From Escherichia phage EcoM2, in the sequence record PQ818761.1: a stretch of DNA of 64,000 nt; one strand, written 5' to 3'. Under the pieces are notes generated by a model, which saw only the letters and a program-made list of their open reading frames with translations, was not told the DNA's origin and searched no databases. A program made the position numbers and the translations under genes. Shown here one piece after another: positions 55,642 to 64,000 of this stretch (positions are counted from its first letter, which is position 1; each line of letters begins with the position of its first letter).

Positions 55642-55716
55642 GCATCCATAGTTTAAACGGGAAAATTACAGTCTTCCAAACTGAGGTTGAGGGTTCGATT
55701 CCCTCTGGATGCTCCA
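55642..55716 (+). tRNA. tRNA-Gly (anticodon UCC)
   Basis: Acceptor GCATCCA/TGGATGC, anticodon loop CTTCCAA, T-arm GAGGGTTCGATTCCCTC, CCA. Confidence 0.75.
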
Positions 55717-55730
55717 AATTAAGGTGTGAT

Positions 55731-56144
55731 ATGAAAATATGCAGTACTTGCAGAATACCAAAAGATGAAAGCTTATTCCATAAGAATAAGAACAAAAAAG
55801 ATGGTCTTCAAAGTCAATGCAAAGACTGTGCAAGACTTCGTGATGCAAAGAGTTATCAAGCAAATGATAAAAGGAAAGAGGCTATTAAAAGCACTCGTAA
55901 CGTCAAGAGAGAGTATAACAAGGCTCTAGCTAGAAGGTACAAAGCTTTATGCAAATGTCATATATGTGGTGAGAAAGAACCAGTTGCACTGGATTTACAC
56001 CATACAGACCCTTCCCAGAAAGATTTGAATCCTGCATCACTTTATTCATACTCCACAAAAAGATTAAAAGATGAAATCAGAAAGTGCATTGTCTTGTGCG
56101 CTAACTGCCACAGAAAAGTACATGCTGGTATCATAAAAGTTTAA
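55731..56144 (+). CDS. HNH endonuclease (homing-endonuclease-like) inside tRNA cluster
   Basis: 137 aa with Cys pairs and LHHTDPSQKDLNPAS...CANCHRKVH, an HNH zinc-finger core. Confidence 0.6.
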   Translation: MKICSTCRIPKDESLFHKNKNKKDGLQSQCKDCARLRDAKSYQANDKRKEAIKSTRNVKREYNKALARRYKALCKCHICGEKEPVALDLHHTDPSQKDLNPASLYSYSTKRLKDEIRKCIVLCANCHRKVHAGIIKV

Positions 56145-56145
56145 T

Positions 56146-56222
56146 GCTGCTTTCGTATAATTGGCTATTACACATCCCTTGTAAGGATGGAAATGCAGGT
56201 TCGAGTCCTGTGAGCAGCACCA
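56146..56222 (+). tRNA. tRNA-Thr (anticodon UGU)
   Basis: Acceptor GCTGCTT/GAGCAGC, anticodon stem CATCC/GGATG with loop CTTGTAA, T-arm GCAGGTTCGAGTCCTGT, CCA. Confidence 0.75.
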
Positions 56223-56329
56223 ATTCAGAGGTCAAGTGAAAGACCGCTTTGAGTCAACTGAAGACCGTAACAAATTCCACGGAGTTGAGTTAGCGGCACA
56301 ACTCCAGACCTCTTCTCACACTCGCTTAG

Positions 56330-56394
56330 TTTATATGGTAAAACATCACCCTTACAAGATGAAGAAAAAGGTTCAAGTCCTTTAGTGAGTACCA
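56330..56394 (+). tRNA. tRNA-Val (anticodon UAC)
   Basis: Acceptor ACTCGCT/AGTGAGT, D-stem GTTT/AAAC, anticodon loop CTTACAA, T-arm AAAGGTTCAAGTCCTTT, CCA; only about 65 nt by my coordinates, so boundaries need software confirmation. Confidence 0.55.
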
Positions 56395-56395
56395 T

Positions 56396-56473
56396 GTTCC
56401 AGTATCCCAATTGGCAGAGGATGCAAGCTCAAACCTTGTACTAGTGACGGTTCGAATCCGTCTTGGAACACCA
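56396..56473 (+). tRNA. tRNA-Leu (anticodon CAA), short variable arm
   Basis: Acceptor GTTCCAG/TTGGAAC, anticodon stem GCAAG/CTTGT with loop CTCAAAC, T-arm GACGGTTCGAATCCGTC, CCA. Confidence 0.55.
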
Positions 56474-56478
56474 ATTTT

Positions 56479-56554
56479 GCAGGATTAGTTCAAATGGATA
56501 GAGCAACAGTCTACGAAGCTGTTAATAGGGGTTCGAATCCCTTATCCTGCGCCA
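56479..56554 (+). tRNA. tRNA-Arg (anticodon ACG)
   Basis: Acceptor GCAGGAT/ATCCTGC, D-stem GTTC/GAGC, anticodon stem ACAGT/GCTGT with loop CTACGAA, T-arm AGGGGTTCGAATCCCTT, CCA. Confidence 0.8.
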
Positions 56555-56573
56555 ATTTAAAGAGGCTATTTAG

Positions 56574-57131
56574 ATGAGATATTTGAAGTATGCTTCATGG
56601 ATTTTCTTAGCTTTGTTAGAGCCATTTGCAGCAATCTTAGCAGTTATCTTAGCACCCTTTGTAGTTCCATTCTACAGTGAGAAGAAAGGCCACTTACCTT
56701 TCGGATTCAGGTGGATGGAGACATATGACAACCCAATTGATGGTGATGAAGGTCACGTTAAAAGATGGGCTAAGATTAGAAAGATTGGTAAGCTTGGTGT
56801 CTATATGCAGAGAGTTGGTTGGCTCTGGAGAAACAAAGCTTATAACTTCTCTTACCATGTGTTAGGAAGAGATGTAAAAGATGTTACTAAGTGGAAAGGT
56901 AATATCAATGTAAGTTCTAACCCTGAAGATAATCAGACAGGTTATCTCCTAATGTGGAACAGTAATGCTTGGGGATTATTCGCTTTTATCCCGTCAATTA
57001 AAGTCTTTGGTAAGCAATTCTACTGGAGAATTTATGTTGGGTGGAAACTTAAAAGTGTTGTCCCAGAAGAAAGAGCATTCTCAAGGGGAAGAGTTATGTT
57101 GGCATTCTTTATTCATCCACTGAGAAAGTAA
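56574..57131 (+). CDS. hypothetical membrane protein inside tRNA cluster
   Basis: 185 aa; N-terminal hydrophobic region WIFLALLEPFAAILAVILAPFVVPF. Confidence 0.45.
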   Translation: MRYLKYASWIFLALLEPFAAILAVILAPFVVPFYSEKKGHLPFGFRWMETYDNPIDGDEGHVKRWAKIRKIGKLGVYMQRVGWLWRNKAYNFSYHVLGRDVKDVTKWKGNINVSSNPEDNQTGYLLMWNSNAWGLFAFIPSIKVFGKQFYWRIYVGWKLKSVVPEERAFSRGRVMLAFFIHPLRK

Positions 57132-57139
57132 AGATTTAA

Positions 57140-57215
57140 AGGGGATTAGTTTACAAGGTTAAAACCTCGGTCTTTGAAATCGAAGAAGTTGGTTCAATTC
57201 CAACATCCCCCGCCA
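57140..57215 (+). tRNA. tRNA-Gln (anticodon UUG)
   Basis: Acceptor AGGGGAT/ATCCCCC (A1-C72 unpaired), D-stem GTTT/AAAC, anticodon stem TCGGT/ATCGA with loop CTTTGAA, T-arm GTTGGTTCAATTCCAAC, CCA. Confidence 0.65.
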
Positions 57216-57217
57216 AT

Positions 57218-57296
57218 GCTCCATTACTCCAATTGGCAGAGAGGCCAGACTTAAAATCTGTGTTATGTATCGGTTCGAATCCGATATGGAGTACCA
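57218..57296 (+). tRNA. tRNA-Leu (anticodon UAA), short variable arm
   Basis: Acceptor GCTCCAT/ATGGAGT, anticodon stem CAGA/TCTG with loop CTTAAAA, 7-nt variable region, T-arm ATCGGTTCGAATCCGAT, CCA. Confidence 0.55.
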
Positions 57297-57301
57297 AATT
57301 T

Positions 57302-57377
57302 AGCGGTATAGCATAACTGGCAATGCAACAGTCTCTGAAGCTGTCTTATTAAGGTTCAAATCCTTATGCCGCTGCCA
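57302..57377 (+). tRNA. tRNA-Gln (anticodon CUG)
   Basis: Acceptor AGCGGTA/TGCCGCT, D-stem GCAT/ATGC, anticodon stem ACAGT/GCTGT with loop CTCTGAA, T-arm TAAGGTTCAAATCCTTA, CCA. Confidence 0.75.
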
Positions 57378-57408
57378 CTTCTAAGGGTTCTTACGAGAGT
57401 CCTTAAAT

Positions 57409-57484
57409 GTGGCCTTATCATAAAAGGTAATGACCCATGCTGTGAACATGGTCTATACGGGTTCAAATCCCGTAGGTCACCCCA
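57409..57484 (+). tRNA. tRNA-His (anticodon GUG)
   Basis: Acceptor GTGGCCT/AGGTCAC, D-stem TCAT/ATGA, anticodon stem CCATG/CATGG with loop CTGTGAA, T-arm ACGGGTTCAAATCCCGT, CCA. Confidence 0.8.
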
Positions 57485-57489
57485 ATTTA

Positions 57490-57566
57490 TAGTCCAAGTA
57501 GCTTATATGGTTAAAGCGCGTGTCTGAAAAACATGAGAAGAGGGTTCAAATCCCACTGGACTACCA
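57490..57566 (+). tRNA. tRNA-Phe (anticodon GAA)
   Basis: D-stem GCTT/AAGC, anticodon stem CGTGT/ACATG with loop CTGAAAA, T-loop GGGTTCAAATCCC; exact acceptor boundaries ambiguous by hand. Confidence 0.6.
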
Positions 57567-57582
57567 ATTTCAAAGGTGCTTA

Positions 57583-58317
57583 ATGAAAGAGATGACAGAA
57601 CAAGGTAAGGAGATTTTTAATCTCTTAAAAACCGGTAGAGGGTTTTCTAATCCCCTTATTACTGGTGCAGCAGTTCTAGGTGGAACCGTAGCTGCCTCTA
57701 CATCACTTGTAAGCTCTATTAGCTCTGTAACAGACCCTACAATAAAGGATAAGCTTGTTGCCGCTGGACTGACAACAGTTCTGCTTAACAGCTTTACAAC
57801 GAGTCTGACAAGCACTACATCAACTACTAAGACATTGACAGATTATGGTCAAAAGTCTATTGATGAGTTTTCCTCACGTATGCAGGTAGCAAAAGGCTAC
57901 TCCAATGTTATGGGTGCAGCAGGAGAGCAAGTTGGTTGTACACCATTTAGTGGTATTATGGGTGTTGCTACAGAGTATGGTCAAAAAGCTATTGACACAA
58001 TTAACAGTGCACTAGACGGTGTTAATGATGTATTAAGTGACTTACAAGATGCTATTGATAAAGGTCTTGATACTGTTTCTGATTTAGCTAACCAAGCTGT
58101 TAGTAAGATTAATGAAGGTATCTCGAAGATTACAGCTTATGCAGATGAAGTTGTGCAGATGATTGAAGAAGAAGCTGCCCTTATTGCAGAGTACCTTAAA
58201 ACGAATATCAATGGGTTCTTAGCAGGTATCTTACCAGACTGGTTTGATGATGCTTGTAAAACTGGTGTAATTGACACTATTGCAACACCAGAAATGAAGA
58301 ACGCATTACAGAAATAA
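57583..58317 (+). CDS. hypothetical Ser/Thr-rich protein
   Basis: ORF-track ORF 57520..58317 trimmed to ATG 57583 so it does not overlap tRNA-Phe; Ser/Thr-rich N-terminal half. Confidence 0.45.
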   Translation: MKEMTEQGKEIFNLLKTGRGFSNPLITGAAVLGGTVAASTSLVSSISSVTDPTIKDKLVAAGLTTVLLNSFTTSLTSTTSTTKTLTDYGQKSIDEFSSRMQVAKGYSNVMGAAGEQVGCTPFSGIMGVATEYGQKAIDTINSALDGVNDVLSDLQDAIDKGLDTVSDLANQAVSKINEGISKITAYADEVVQMIEEEAALIAEYLKTNINGFLAGILPDWFDDACKTGVIDTIATPEMKNALQK

Positions 58318-58318
58318 T

Positions 58319-58411
58319 GGAAGATTAACCCTAAAAGGTAAGGGAGCAGTTTGCTAAACTGCCAGTAGCTGAGAAATCGGTGTACCAGTTCAAGTCTGGT
58401 ATCTTCCTCCA
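58319..58411 (+). tRNA. tRNA-Ser (anticodon GCU)
   Basis: Acceptor GGAAGAT/ATCTTCC, anticodon stem GCAGT/ACTGC with loop TTGCTAA, long variable arm, T-arm ACCAGTTCAAGTCTGGT, CCA. Confidence 0.8.
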
Positions 58412-58415
58412 ATTT

Positions 58416-58491
58416 GAATCCGTGACAGAAATGGCTATGTGCCTGTCTGCAAAACAGGTTTATAAGGGTTCGAGTCCCTTCGGATTCTCCA
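58416..58491 (+). tRNA. tRNA-Cys (anticodon GCA)
   Basis: Acceptor GAATCCG/CGGATTC, anticodon stem CCTGT/ACAGG with loop CTGCAAA, T-arm AAGGGTTCGAGTCCCTT, CCA. Confidence 0.8.
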
Positions 58492-58528
58492 AGTTATTTT
58501 ACTCTCTCTCAATTAAAATAATAATAAT

Positions 58529-58588
58529 GCCCTGCTATAAGTATTCTTCCTTTCGCTACCGAAGAGTATTTTTAGACAGGGCTTTTTT
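58529..58588 (+). terminator. rho-independent terminator ending the tRNA cluster
   Basis: GCCCTG...CAGGGC long hairpin followed by TTTTTT. Confidence 0.55.
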
Positions 58589-58713
58589 ACAGAGTTATAC
58601 TTTATAAGAAGCCTTATACAGTATGTCTCTGACGTACATTGTGGTTTCTCCTTGACGGTCTCTGTACCGTCTTTTTTAAGGAGAAACATGGTTAATTATT
58701 TGGAGAAAACATA

Positions 58714-58914
58714 ATGAGCGAGACCGTTTATAAAGAACTTTATGAAGCTAACAAAAAGCTGGAATTTATGCAGAACACTATCATGGCAATTGCAGACAGA
58801 TTATCTGTAGCAACAGGTATTGATATTAAAGAGGCATCTATGGATGCACTTCTTGATGCTGTTGATGCTAAATTCGAAGTTAAGAAAGAAGAGACTGCTA
58901 CAGACTCTGAATAA
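58714..58914 (+). CDS. hypothetical small protein
   Basis: 66 aa ORF immediately upstream of the terminase gene. Confidence 0.4.
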   Translation: MSETVYKELYEANKKLEFMQNTIMAIADRLSVATGIDIKEASMDALLDAVDAKFEVKKEETATDSE

Positions 58915-58935
58915 TTCTATTTGCGGAGGTGCTTA

Positions 58936-60537
58936 ATGGATTTAAATGCTGTTAAGCAGAAGCGAGTGGAAGATGTTAGGAAAGTCCTAGCTGGAGAGTT
59001 GGGGCTTTCTGATGAAGTAAAAGAAATTATCAAATCATTCGGTAAAGACCCCTCTAAATTCCTTCCAACTCAAATTCTGACTTTATTAAGATACACACCA
59101 GACCAAGTTAGACTTATCTTCAAATTGATGACTGATAAGAATTATGTAGCCCCTCAACCGGGTTCTCAAGAGGTGTTTTTAAATACTAATGCTGACTTGG
59201 TTTTATATGGTGGTGCTGCTGGTGCTGGTAAAACTGCTGCATTGTTAATGGACTCTTTAAGGTTTATTGAAGACCCTAACTATAACGCTGTATATTTCCG
59301 TCGAAATACAACACAGTTACAAGGTGGTTTATGGCCTGCTGCAAAGAAACTATTTGGTAAGTTTGGTGGGGTTCCTCACGAGCAGAAGATGACTATCACA
59401 TTCCCTTCTGGGGCAACTATCAAGTTTACCTACCTAGAACTTGAAAAGCACGCTGAAGGTCATCAGGGTATTGAATACTCAGCTATCTACTTTGACGAAG
59501 GTACACACTTCTCTGCTTCACAGATTTCATACCTACAGACTCGTCTACGTTCTGGTGCTGAAGGCGATTCATACATGAAGATTTCCATGAACCCAGATAG
59601 AGACCATTTTATTTATGATTGGGTAGAACCATTCTTAGATAAAGAAGGTTATCCAGACCCTGAAAAGTGTGGTCGTATTCGTTGGTATGTAATGAATGAT
59701 GGTGTTATGGTTTCTGATTGGGAAAGAGACAAGATTCTTGAAATGTTCCCTCTTGAGATTCCTCAAACATACACCTTCATCTCTGGTACGATTGATGATA
59801 ACCCAATTCTTGACTTCTTAGAACCTAAATATCGTGGTAAGTTGGAAAACAACACACCTGTAAACGTTGCAAGACTTCGTTTCGGTAACTGGAAGGCTCG
59901 TGCAGAAGGTTCAAACTATTGGCAAAGACAATGGTGTGAGATTGTTGATTCACTCCCAGAAGATGTGTTTGATGTCAGAGCATGGGACTTAGCAGCAACT
60001 TTACCATCTGAGATTAACCCTAACCCAGACTGGACAGCGGGTGTTAAGATGGGTAAATCTAAAAAAGACGGTTGCTATTATATCATTGATGTAGTAAGAT
60101 TTAGAGATAGACCCTCTGGAGTCGAAACACAAATTAATTTGACTGCTGAAAGTGACGGTAAGCGAACTGGTATTTTTATCCCTCAAGACCCAGGCGCTGC
60201 TGGTAAATCCTATGCAACATCCCTCATCAGGAAACTTGCCGAGAAAGGTTATCGCGCAAGAGCTAAACCAACAAATAAAGATAAAGTTACCCGCTTTGCG
60301 GGATTTTCTGCTGCTTCTGAAGCTGGACTTGTAAAAGTTTTGAGAGGCAGTTGGAACGAAGCTTACTTTCAAGAACTTGAAGGTTTTTGTGGTGATGGTA
60401 AAACTAAAGATGACCAAGTGGATGCTACCAGTGATGCTTTCAACAGTCTTAACGAAGTTAAATTATTCAAGCCACCATCAATGGGTGCTCACACAGACTT
60501 AGTGAGAGGAAACCCATATGAGGGGCTTAGACGTTGA
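58936..60537 (+). CDS. terminase large subunit
   Basis: Walker A LVLYGGAAGAGKTAAL and Walker B-like IYFDEGTHF; ORF track begins at TTG 58921 but ATG 58936 has a GGAGG RBS. Confidence 0.75.
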   Translation: MDLNAVKQKRVEDVRKVLAGELGLSDEVKEIIKSFGKDPSKFLPTQILTLLRYTPDQVRLIFKLMTDKNYVAPQPGSQEVFLNTNADLVLYGGAAGAGKTAALLMDSLRFIEDPNYNAVYFRRNTTQLQGGLWPAAKKLFGKFGGVPHEQKMTITFPSGATIKFTYLELEKHAEGHQGIEYSAIYFDEGTHFSASQISYLQTRLRSGAEGDSYMKISMNPDRDHFIYDWVEPFLDKEGYPDPEKCGRIRWYVMNDGVMVSDWERDKILEMFPLEIPQTYTFISGTIDDNPILDFLEPKYRGKLENNTPVNVARLRFGNWKARAEGSNYWQRQWCEIVDSLPEDVFDVRAWDLAATLPSEINPNPDWTAGVKMGKSKKDGCYYIIDVVRFRDRPSGVETQINLTAESDGKRTGIFIPQDPGAAGKSYATSLIRKLAEKGYRARAKPTNKDKVTRFAGFSAASEAGLVKVLRGSWNEAYFQELEGFCGDGKTKDDQVDATSDAFNSLNEVKLFKPPSMGAHTDLVRGNPYEGLRR

Positions 60538-60553
60538 TAGCTAGGTGAGAAGA

Positions 60554-62020
60554 ATGGCAGAAATTACAGAAACACAAGAAAGCTTACCACCATTTAGAAT
60601 GGGTGAAGTAGGTTCTTTGGGTCTGAAGGTTAAGAATGGTAGAATCTATGAAGAACCTCGTCAGGCACTAAGGTTCCCTGAAAGTATTAAAACTTTCCAA
60701 TTAATGATGCGTGACCCTGCTGTAGCAGCATCTGTGAATATTATTAAGATGTTTGTCAGAAAAGTCAACTGGAGATTTGTACCTCCAAAGGGAAAAGAGC
60801 AAGACCCTAAAATGCTTGAAAGAGCAGACTTCTTTAATTCTTTAATGGATGACATGGAGCATGATTGGGCAGATTTTATTAACTCTGTAATGTCATTCTG
60901 CACTTATGGGTTCTGTGTTAACGAAAAAGTTTATAAGAAGCGACAGGGTAAAAAAGGAAAGTACCAGTCTAAGTTTGATGATGGTCTAATTGGGTGGGCT
61001 AAATTACCAATCAGAAACCAATCAACACTTGATAAGTGGTATTTTGACGAAGACTTTAGAAAAGTTACTGGTGTTAGACAGAATCTGAGAAATGTTTCAC
61101 ATATTGCTGGAGCAATTAATCTTGGGGAAAGACCTCTAACAAGAAAACTCCCACGAGCTAAATTCATGCTGTTTAAGTATGACGATGAATATGGAAATCC
61201 AGAAGGTCGTTCACCATTACTTAATGCTTATGTACCGTGGAAATATAAAGTACAGATTGAAGAGTACGAAGCTGTTGGTGTTTCAAGAGACTTGGTAGGT
61301 ATGCCAAAGATTGGTTTACCACCAGATTATCTGGATGAAAATGCAGAACCTGAAAAGAAAGCTTTCGTACAATACTGCAAAACTGTTGTTAACGATATGA
61401 TTGCTAATGACAGAGCAGGTTTAATCTGGCCTAGATATATCGACCCAGATACTAAAGAGGATATTTTTGAGTTCTCATTAGTTTCTAGACAGGGTGCTAA
61501 AGCGTATGATACAGGTTCTATTATTGACAGATATTCCAAGCAGATTATGATGGCATTTATGTCAGATGTTCTTGCTATGGGTCAGTCAAAATACGGTTCA
61601 TTCTCTCTTGCAGATTCTAAGACAAGCTTATTAGCAATGTCAGTAGATATTCTGCTGAAGCAAATTAAGAACGTAATTAACCGTGACTTAGTTGCACAGA
61701 CTTATGCTCTTAATATGTGGGATGATGAAGAACATGTGCAAATCACATATGATGATATCGAAACTCCAGACCTTGAAGCAATTGGTTCTTATATTCAGAA
61801 GACTGTTGCAGTAGGTGCTTTGGAAGTTGACAAAGAGCTATCTAACAAACTTAGAGAGCATATTGGTCTTCCTCCTGCTGATGAGTCTCAGCCAGTATCT
61901 GAAAAACTTTCTCCGAATAGCCAAAGCCGTTCAGGAGATGGTTATAAGACCGCTGGAGAAGGTACTGCAAAGACACCTTCAGCAAAAGACCCAAGCACAG
62001 CAAATAAGGCAAATAAATAA
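60554..62020 (+). CDS. candidate portal protein
   Basis: About 488 aa ORF directly downstream of terminase large subunit; assignment by position and size only. ORF track begins at GTG 60545. Confidence 0.45.
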   Translation: MAEITETQESLPPFRMGEVGSLGLKVKNGRIYEEPRQALRFPESIKTFQLMMRDPAVAASVNIIKMFVRKVNWRFVPPKGKEQDPKMLERADFFNSLMDDMEHDWADFINSVMSFCTYGFCVNEKVYKKRQGKKGKYQSKFDDGLIGWAKLPIRNQSTLDKWYFDEDFRKVTGVRQNLRNVSHIAGAINLGERPLTRKLPRAKFMLFKYDDEYGNPEGRSPLLNAYVPWKYKVQIEEYEAVGVSRDLVGMPKIGLPPDYLDENAEPEKKAFVQYCKTVVNDMIANDRAGLIWPRYIDPDTKEDIFEFSLVSRQGAKAYDTGSIIDRYSKQIMMAFMSDVLAMGQSKYGSFSLADSKTSLLAMSVDILLKQIKNVINRDLVAQTYALNMWDDEEHVQITYDDIETPDLEAIGSYIQKTVAVGALEVDKELSNKLREHIGLPPADESQPVSEKLSPNSQSRSGDGYKTAGEGTAKTPSAKDPSTANKANK

Positions 62021-62520
62021 TGGCTGAAGTTATCTCTATTTCAAATGCTACACGAGTGCATTCGTATAGGGGTGTCCTTATCATTACTGATAAGTTATCT
62101 GTAGAGGCTGGCTCAAGGGTCAGCCTTTCAGGTTATGTTAGTGATGGTGGAGTCTCTGACGTTTTCACTATTTGCAGGTTACTTGATGCACCAATGAGTG
62201 GAAAACCGTTTATTTCAGGAAATTGTAGTGAAATTGTTAAAATTCCATTTGACAGTTCATGCCTTTTGGGTGTAAAGTTATATAACTGCGAGAATAAACG
62301 TATCAATGTTAAAAGCATTGAAGCCGCTTTCATTACCCTCGACACTGCATTTCAATCTCCAATGACAGTTAATAAAGAAACAAACAGACTTGAATACATT
62401 TTTTCACAAAATGATTACAAAGTACTTGTCAAAGGTAAAGTATATGATATGATTGTAAATGTGGTAGATGAATCTGGTAACCATTCAACAGTCCTTAAAC
62501 AAAAAGTAAGGTTTAATTAA
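62020..62520 (+). CDS. hypothetical protein
   Basis: 166 aa ORF. Confidence 0.4.
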   Translation: MAEVISISNATRVHSYRGVLIITDKLSVEAGSRVSLSGYVSDGGVSDVFTICRLLDAPMSGKPFISGNCSEIVKIPFDSSCLLGVKLYNCENKRINVKSIEAAFITLDTAFQSPMTVNKETNRLEYIFSQNDYKVLVKGKVYDMIVNVVDESGNHSTVLKQKVRFN

Positions 62521-62852
62521 TGGGAACATTAACTATTGATGGTAAGAATAAAATCCTCGCCACGCTAACCCCAACGACTATTATTTTACACAATGTAGAC
62601 CCAACGGCAGACCCTACAGCAAATAAGGTTACTCAGCCAGTGGCTATTTATTTTTCTGAACCGGATAATGGCTTAATTGCCTCAGAAGACACAGTTAATA
62701 TTACTGTTCCAGCTTCTGCAACGGTCTCACACTATAGCTTGTGGGATGCTAACGATAAATGCGTGGCAACTGGTGCTCTTAGCAAACCTCAATTCTTTGC
62801 TGAAGAAGGTATATATGTTATCTCTTCAGTCTCTGTAGATTTAAACAAATAG
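62520..62852 (+). CDS. hypothetical protein
   Basis: 110 aa ORF. Confidence 0.4.
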   Translation: MGTLTIDGKNKILATLTPTTIILHNVDPTADPTANKVTQPVAIYFSEPDNGLIASEDTVNITVPASATVSHYSLWDANDKCVATGALSKPQFFAEEGIYVISSVSVDLNK

Positions 62853-62863
62853 GGTGAGTAAAA

Positions 62864-64000
62864 ATGAGTTCGAATATCTTCAGACTTGCTGATAGATTAT
62901 TCAACCAACCTTTACTAGCCACTGAATCATTAGCTCACTCAGCAGCAACTTATGTGAATAACAGATTGCTGGGTGATGTCCAAGCAGCAGTAAACTTTGA
63001 TAAACCCAAAGGTGAAGCAAGAAGTCTTTTAAAAGTAAAAGATGACATTGCTATTATCCCTATTATGGGTGGTTTAACCCATCGTATGACATTCATTGAT
63101 GCAATGTGTACAGGTGGATTAAGTTCTTATGAAGGTTTGCGTAGAGGCTTTGACGAAGCTTTAGCAGATGAGTCAATCAAGACTATTGTTCTGCACATCG
63201 ATTCCGGTGGTGGTGAAGCTTCAGGTTGCTTTGAATTAGCACGTCACATTATGGCTTCAAGAGGCCAAAAGAAAATTATTGCTTATGTAGATGAGTTCGC
63301 TTGTTCCGCTGCATACGCTCTTGCATCTTCTGCTGAAGAAATTATTGCATCACCAGATGCAGATGTTGGTTCTATCGGTGTAATCATGGTTCATCAGGAA
63401 TTAACTAAGGCATTTGAAAAGAATGGCGTAACAATTAACGTCATCAAAGCTGGTGAGTTTAAAGGTATGGGTTCACCATTCCAAGCACTCTCAGAAGAAA
63501 GCAAAGAAAGACTTCAAAAGAGAATTAATGATACCTACGCAACCTTTACAGGTTTTGTAGCCGAATCTCGTAATCTCTCTGAAGAAGCTGTAAAGAATAC
63601 TGAGGCGAATGTTTATTCTGCTCAGGAAGCTCTTGAACTTGGTTTAATTAACTCAATCATGTCTCAAGATGATTTCTTAAATTACTTACAAGGTTCTGAA
63701 GAGGCTCCTGTAAGTTTAAACGTTAACAATTCAGGTGAAGAAATGACTGAACAAGAAAAGCAAGAACTAGAAGCTTTGCGTCTTCAGGTTGCTCAAATGA
63801 AAGCTAAAGAACAGGAAGCTGCTTTGTCAGATTTGACTAATAAGATTTCTGCTTCTGCTGAAGCTTTTGGATTTGATGCAAAAGAAGCTGCAACGACTAT
63901 TTTAGGTGCTGGTCTTGATAACCCTCTGAGTGTTCTGTTTATGAATGCTATGGAAGGTGCTAACCAGAAACTTAATGAAACTATCGCATCCCACGCTTCT
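62864..64000 (+). CDS. prohead protease (S49/ClpP-like) with coiled-coil C-terminal region, partial
   Basis: Open frame from ATG 62864 to window end; contains IVLHIDSGGGEASG and AYVDEFACSAAYALAS, typical of SppA/ClpP-fold head-maturation proteases, then a helical Glu/Ala/Lys-rich region. Confidence 0.6.
   Translation, partial: MSSNIFRLADRLFNQPLLATESLAHSAATYVNNRLLGDVQAAVNFDKPKGEARSLLKVKDDIAIIPIMGGLTHRMTFIDAMCTGGLSSYEGLRRGFDEALADESIKTIVLHIDSGGGEASGCFELARHIMASRGQKKIIAYVDEFACSAAYALASSAEEIIASPDADVGSIGVIMVHQELTKAFEKNGVTINVIKAGEFKGMGSPFQALSEESKERLQKRINDTYATFTGFVAESRNLSEEAVKNTEANVYSAQEALELGLINSIMSQDDFLNYLQGSEEAPVSLNVNNSGEEMTEQEKQELEALRLQVAQMKAKEQEAALSDLTNKISASAEAFGFDAKEAATTILGAGLDNPLSVLFMNAMEGANQKLNETIASHAS

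Overview
The window looks like part of a large, low-GC virulent tailed-phage genome. Working from sequence only, I see: a leftward operon ending in a family A DNA polymerase, with a partial ATP-dependent DNA ligase at the window edge; a rightward replication and nucleotide-metabolism block (dNMP kinase, T7 gp4-type primase-helicase, candidate SSB, 5'-3' exonuclease, aerobic NrdAB with glutaredoxin, anaerobic NrdDG); an NAD+ salvage pair (PRPP synthetase-like plus nicotinamide phosphoribosyltransferase); rIIA with a candidate rIIB; a lysis cassette (signal-peptide transglycosylase, overlapped spanin pair); a macro-domain protein; a 6.5 kb array of 16 small genes, each preceded by one of two conserved hairpin/leader cassettes; a 1.6 kb ORF-free iteron-like repeat region at a convergent strand switch; a leftward block of small genes including a GH24 lysozyme and an Ig-like-repeat protein; a vWA protein; a cluster of about 27 tRNA genes interspersed with an HNH endonuclease, structured repeat elements and a permuted tRNA-like module; then terminase large subunit, candidate portal and prohead protease. 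The gene repertoire resembles Felix O1-like (Ounavirinae) phages, but that is inference from memory, not a search result. All protein calls rest on motifs I recognise in the supplied translations; tRNA calls are hand-folded and several are non-canonical. The items I rate most worth follow-up are the covarying stem elements and permuted tRNA-like module in the tRNA cluster, the cassette-flanked small-gene array, and the iteron-like ORF-free region.
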